Below the pieces are notes generated by a model. That model searched no databases, was not told the origin of the DNA, and saw only the letters and a list, made by a program, of their open reading frames with translations. The translations under genes were made by a program, and so were the position numbers. This document shows positions 42,125-46,288 of a DNA stretch of 46,288 bases, in pieces; position 1 is the stretch's first letter, and each line of letters starts with the position of its first letter. The stretch is from Escherichia phage 2H10: the sequence record NC_049950.1; one strand, 5' to 3'.

Positions 42125-42342
42125 AGGCTTTTCCTGTATAAATGGCCGTATACAGTACACTAAATATGAAAACATATCTCGTATTATTATTTAATACATG
42201 ATTTTCTTTTAAAATAATTACCCACATTTTTAATGTGTCTGTTTTTTAGCGCCGTTGAGAACAATGTTTGCTATAAAAACTAACCCATAGACTCCGATCT
42301 TTTCAAACATATTGCACCATCTGTGTACATCGGGGCGAGGAT

Positions 42343-42558
42343 ATGAAATCAATGGATAAGTTAACAACAGGTATCGCCTATGGCACATCGGCTGGTAATG
42401 CTGGTTTCTGGGCATTGCAGTTACTCGATAAAGTAACTCCGTCACAGTGGGCTGCAATCGGTGTGCTGGGTAGTCTGGTTTTTGGCCTGCTGACGTATCT
42501 GACAAACCTTTATTTCAAGATTAAAGAAGACAGGCGTAAGGTTGCGAGAAGAGAGTAA
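42343..42558 (+). CDS. essQ: Class II pinholin, phage 21 S type, with dual-start motif
   Basis: [26 protein letters not shown]...[15 protein letters not shown], 71 aa. Met1-Lys-Ser-Met4 as in S21 71/68. Confidence 0.9.
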   Translation: MKSMDKLTTGIAYGTSAGNAGFWALQLLDKVTPSQWAAIGVLGSLVFGLLTYLTNLYFKIKEDRRKVARRE

Positions 42559-42562
42559 TCCA

Positions 42563-43114
42563 ATGACACAAGACTATGAACTGGTTGTGAAAGGAGTCCG
42601 CAATTTTGAGAATAAAGTGGCGGTAACTGTAGCCTTACGGGACAAAAAACGCTTTGACGGTGAAATTTTTGACCTGGACATCTCGCTGGACCGTGTTGAA
42701 GGTGCCGCGCTTGAGTTTTATGAGGCAGCAGCGAGAAGGAGCATCAGACAGGTCTTCCTGGATGTTGCTGCCGGGTTATGTGAAGGGGATGAGCTGTCGC
42801 CGGAAAAGCGCCCCGTAATTTTAGAGGCGCAGAATGTGTGGATAACCTACAAAGGAAAGCTACCGGGAAGAATTACTGGTTCTCTGAAGACGCCACCGAC
42901 GGCATTGCGGTCAGAAAAAGATGATATTGAATCGCCCATTGAAAAACTGGAGGGCAGCGTCGCTGATCTGAATAAAAAATTGTCGGTGCTGATTCCTTCT
43001 GAAGATGAAAAAAAACGCCGCGATGAGCAGTTTGCGGCGTTTTACGATTATTGCATTGAAGTTACTCGCAGGAATTTTGTGAAGATTTTTGAGGAGGGTA
43101 AATCTCTTCAGTAA
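42563..43114 (+). CDS. DUF1327 (YdfR-like N-terminus) protein with a long unrelated C-terminal extension
   Basis: MTQDYELVVKGVRNFENKVAVTVAL...ALEFYEAAARRSIRQVFL matches K-12 YdfR from memory. 183 aa here versus ~100 aa. Confidence 0.65.
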   Translation: MTQDYELVVKGVRNFENKVAVTVALRDKKRFDGEIFDLDISLDRVEGAALEFYEAAARRSIRQVFLDVAAGLCEGDELSPEKRPVILEAQNVWITYKGKLPGRITGSLKTPPTALRSEKDDIESPIEKLEGSVADLNKKLSVLIPSEDEKKRRDEQFAAFYDYCIEVTRRNFVKIFEEGKSLQ

Positions 43115-43322
43115 GCTTAATGGCGGACGCTGCAATTAATTCAGGAAGGTCCGCAAGGTCATCTGTCAGTGGATATGATGAAAAATCGGCGGCAGTTCTG
43201 TTAAGAAGCGCTTTAACTAATTCCTTTTCCTTCTCCGGCAACAAGTTGATTAGAGCTACGACTGCTTGCCTGAGTGCGATTAAATCAGCAAAAGTTTGTT
43301 TTGGTAGATTTGTGTAATCCAT
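43062..43322 (-). CDS. Unrecognised 86-aa acidic helical protein, antisense inside the lysis cassette
   Basis: ATG 43322 with AGGTG 3 nt upstream. MDYTNLPKQTFADLIALRQAVVALINLLPEKEKELVKALL... Its 3' end overlaps the DUF1327 gene by 53 nt. Confidence 0.45.
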   Translation of the reverse strand: MDYTNLPKQTFADLIALRQAVVALINLLPEKEKELVKALLNRTAADFSSYPLTDDLADLPELIAASAIKLTEEIYPPQKSSQNSCE

Positions 43323-43435
43323 AGTCACCTCTGTGTTTATCAGATTGACATCCTCCTCCCGCCAGTGCCCATCACTGGTGAGGTAAGATTTAACATATCC
43401 GGGGATTTGAAGCCGATAAATCCTGATAAATATCC

Positions 43436-44463
<1,028 letters not shown>

Positions 44464-44826
44464 ATTAATATTAAATCGGATTATTTTTAGCGCTGAATGT
44501 GAAATTTAAATAAAAAGGACTCTTCCATGAGTCAAAATTCTTGAAATCTTAAGGGTAAGATAAAAGGTCATTAGACAGAATGACACGTTTTATTAATAAA
44601 TAAAGCTATTGTTTCATTCGTGTGTTTTTCTTTACAAAAGTAATCCTTGCTATGGTTGGTTAATCATGCGTTAATGGTGTTCTGGTTTGTTACAAAATTA
44701 TCTGAAGCAGTCATTGTTATAATTTTATTATTTGTACCTCTTGAGATTTCCTTGTTGGTTTTTCTCTCTGATATTTTTTTTCGGACCATTCTGCCCAAGG
44801 GCTAACTTCTTCAAAAGGTAATAATG

Positions 44827-45039
44827 ATGTCTAACAAAATGACTGGTTTAGTGAAATGGTTTAACCCTGAAAAAGGTTTTGGTTTCATCACGCCGAAAGA
44901 TGGTAGCAAAGATGTGTTTGTCCATTTCTCAGCTATTCAGAGCAACGATTTCAAAACGTTAACTGAGAATCAGGAAGTCGAATTTGGTATTGAGAACGGA
45001 CCTAAAGGCCCCGCGGCTGTTCATGTAGTGGCACTTTGA
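44827..45039 (+). CDS. cspI: Cold shock protein CspI
   Basis: [70 protein letters not shown], 70 aa. Confidence 0.95.
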   Translation: MSNKMTGLVKWFNPEKGFGFITPKDGSKDVFVHFSAIQSNDFKTLTENQEVEFGIENGPKGPAAVHVVAL

Positions 45040-45238
45040 GGTAGAAAATATTACAAACCATATTCACTTTAGATGCCCGTGTTGCCATGGTTCTCAGTAT
45101 AGAACATCATCTTTTGATGTTTCTGACAGGAATCCTTTCGGGGCAAAATGTATCTTTTGTAAATCAATGATGATTACATTTGATAATATTTCACAATACT
45201 TAAATGTTAGCCGTCTGTCGTTAGATTTAAGAAAGTGA
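45029..45238 (+). CDS. Zinc-ribbon ORF downstream of cspI lacking a canonical start codon (YmcF/YnfQ-like position)
   Basis: The open frame ...[59 protein letters not shown] has no ATG, GTG or TTG upstream of the CxxC pair. The nearest in-frame ATG codons lie after the second CxxC. Only ATT codons (45050, 45062) lie upstream. Confidence 0.35.
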   Translation, partial: WHFEVENITNHIHFRCPCCHGSQYRTSSFDVSDRNPFGAKCIFCKSMMITFDNISQYLNVSRLSLDLRK

Positions 45239-45244
45239 AAATGA

Positions 45245-45268
45245 AGGCTCCTTCGGGAGCTTTTTTGC
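45245..45268 (+). terminator. Rho-independent terminator of the cspI unit
   Basis: AGGCTCCttcgGGAGCTT followed by TTTTG. Confidence 0.75.
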
Positions 45269-45310
45269 TTAGTGTCTAGTCGATGGATACTCACATATTA
45301 CGGTAACATT

Positions 45311-45541
45311 ATGAAAAAAATAATAGTTTTTTTTAACTCTGAACCAGCAATGGTAGTGCCAGTGATGACCGGAGTTAACACCATCATGCGTGAATATCCA
45401 AATGGCGAAACAACACACCTCACTGTAATGGCTGCAGGGTTTCCATCTCTGACCGGAGATCATAAAGTCATTTATGTAGCAGCGGATCGACATGTAACTT
45501 CAGAAGAAATTCTGGAAGCAGCAATGAGACTCTTGAATTGA
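45311..45541 (+). CDS. Unrecognised 76-aa protein
   Basis: MKKIIVFFNSEPAMVVPVMTGVNTIMREYPNGETTHLTVMAAGFPSLTGDHKVIYVAADRHVTSEEILEAAMRLLN. The ORF track starts earlier, at a non-ATG codon. Confidence 0.5.
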   Translation: MKKIIVFFNSEPAMVVPVMTGVNTIMREYPNGETTHLTVMAAGFPSLTGDHKVIYVAADRHVTSEEILEAAMRLLN

Positions 45542-45713
45542 TTTGATTCTAATGCATTGATAATAAATGATAATCATCTTTATCTGTTTGTGTGAAATTT
45601 AGACCGTCGTATGTTGATTATTGCGATGTTTCATCTTATCTTTTATACGTTTGCTCCATATAATTGACACTACTGTGTACCAGGAAAGTCATAACAGACT
45701 AAAAGAGGAAATG

Positions 45714-45887
45714 ATGAACATTGAAGAGTTAAAAACAAAAACAGAAGCAGATATTTCTGAATATATAACAAAAAAAATCATTGAGCTTAAGAAAAAGACC
45801 GGGAAAGAAGTTACCAGTATCCAGTTTACTGCACGGGAAAAAATGACTGGTCTTGAAAGCTACGATATCAAGATTGATTTAATCTAG
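45714..45887 (+). CDS. gnsB: GnsA/GnsB-family protein
   Basis: MNIEELKTKTEADISEYITKKIIELKKKTGKEVTSIQFTAREKMTGLESYDIKIDLI, 57 aa. AAGAGGAA RBS. Confidence 0.85.
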   Translation: MNIEELKTKTEADISEYITKKIIELKKKTGKEVTSIQFTAREKMTGLESYDIKIDLI

Positions 45888-46182
45888 TATGTTTATAGTA
45901 TTAGCATCAATTTCTCATCAGATGCTATTCAACAATACAAATTACCCATAAACCTCGTTTTTACGGGGTTTTGTTATATTTAAACATTACCGAATAGATA
46001 TAAATCTCGATTGTCGATGGTATTGGTTGTGTGACAATACCTAGTCTTTCCGGTATGCCTGAAGAGAATACAAACGACAGATTATGTAAGGGAAACGCGC
46101 TGAAACTTTCACTCTTTCATGCTGAGTGATTTGACGTTATATTTTTAGCCGCAAGTGAAGAGCAAACGCATGGAGCGACAAA

Positions 46183-46288
46183 ATGCATAAAGATCAATAC
46201 ACTGATGCCCCCTCCCAGGAGCAGGTTCGTGTAAAAACTATGCTTAATAGCACCATTTCGATGGGTTACCCGGATGTTGTAATTGCAT
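46183..46288 (+). CDS. 5' part of the small ORF that continues at base 1
   Basis: GGAG 7 nt before the [38 protein letters not shown]... runs off the window end in frame with 1..101. Confidence 0.6.
   Translation, partial: MHKDQYTDAPSQEQVRVKTMLNSTISMGYPDVVIA

Overview
The 46,288-bp window reads as a complete, circularly permuted genome of a lambda-like temperate siphovirus of E. coli, not an integrated prophage slice. An ORF reads through the 46288->1 junction. cos, attP and int are all intact, and I recognised no host genes. Gene order follows the lambda vegetative map. (1) cos and a head/tail module collinear with lambda Nu1-A-W-B-C/Nu3-D-E-FI-FII-Z-U-V-G/T-H-M-L-K-I-J-lom runs from 0.7 to 20.3 kb. 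(2) A long Rac-type side tail fibre (stf, tfa) is followed by an orphan Pin-type invertase and a ynaE/ydfK-type gene, 20.4 to 25.6 kb. (3) An AT-rich accessory arm follows, 25.6 to 29.5 kb. It holds an SOS-boxed dinI homolog, an attP that carries a surrogate 5' end of host prfC, a P4-type tyrosine integrase, and an unrecognised 239-aa protein with a HEPN-like R-x5-H motif. (4) The early-left operon is made of CPS-53-type genes (yfdP/Q/R/S, DUF551, xis). It lies behind a roughly 600-nt ORF-less structured leader with an intrinsic terminator, and there is no N gene. (5) The immunity region (S24 repressor, cro, CP76/YmfL-type cII) is followed by unknown genes and a replication initiator with internal iterons. 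Next come a PerC-like gene, a LexA-DNA-binding-domain-only gene, rusA, KilA-N, DUF968 and a Qin-type Q. (6) A Qin-type late/lysis region carries pR' plus a terminator, cspF-like, cspB, an S21-type pinholin, a SAR endolysin, nested spanins, cspI and gnsB, with an extra two-gene insertion between holin and endolysin. My best candidates for something undescribed are the int-proximal HEPN-like gene, the ORF-less pL leader, the insertion in the lysis cassette, the 278-aa early-right gene and the truncated LexA paralog. All family names rest on my memory of lambda and K-12 prophage proteins; no searches were run.
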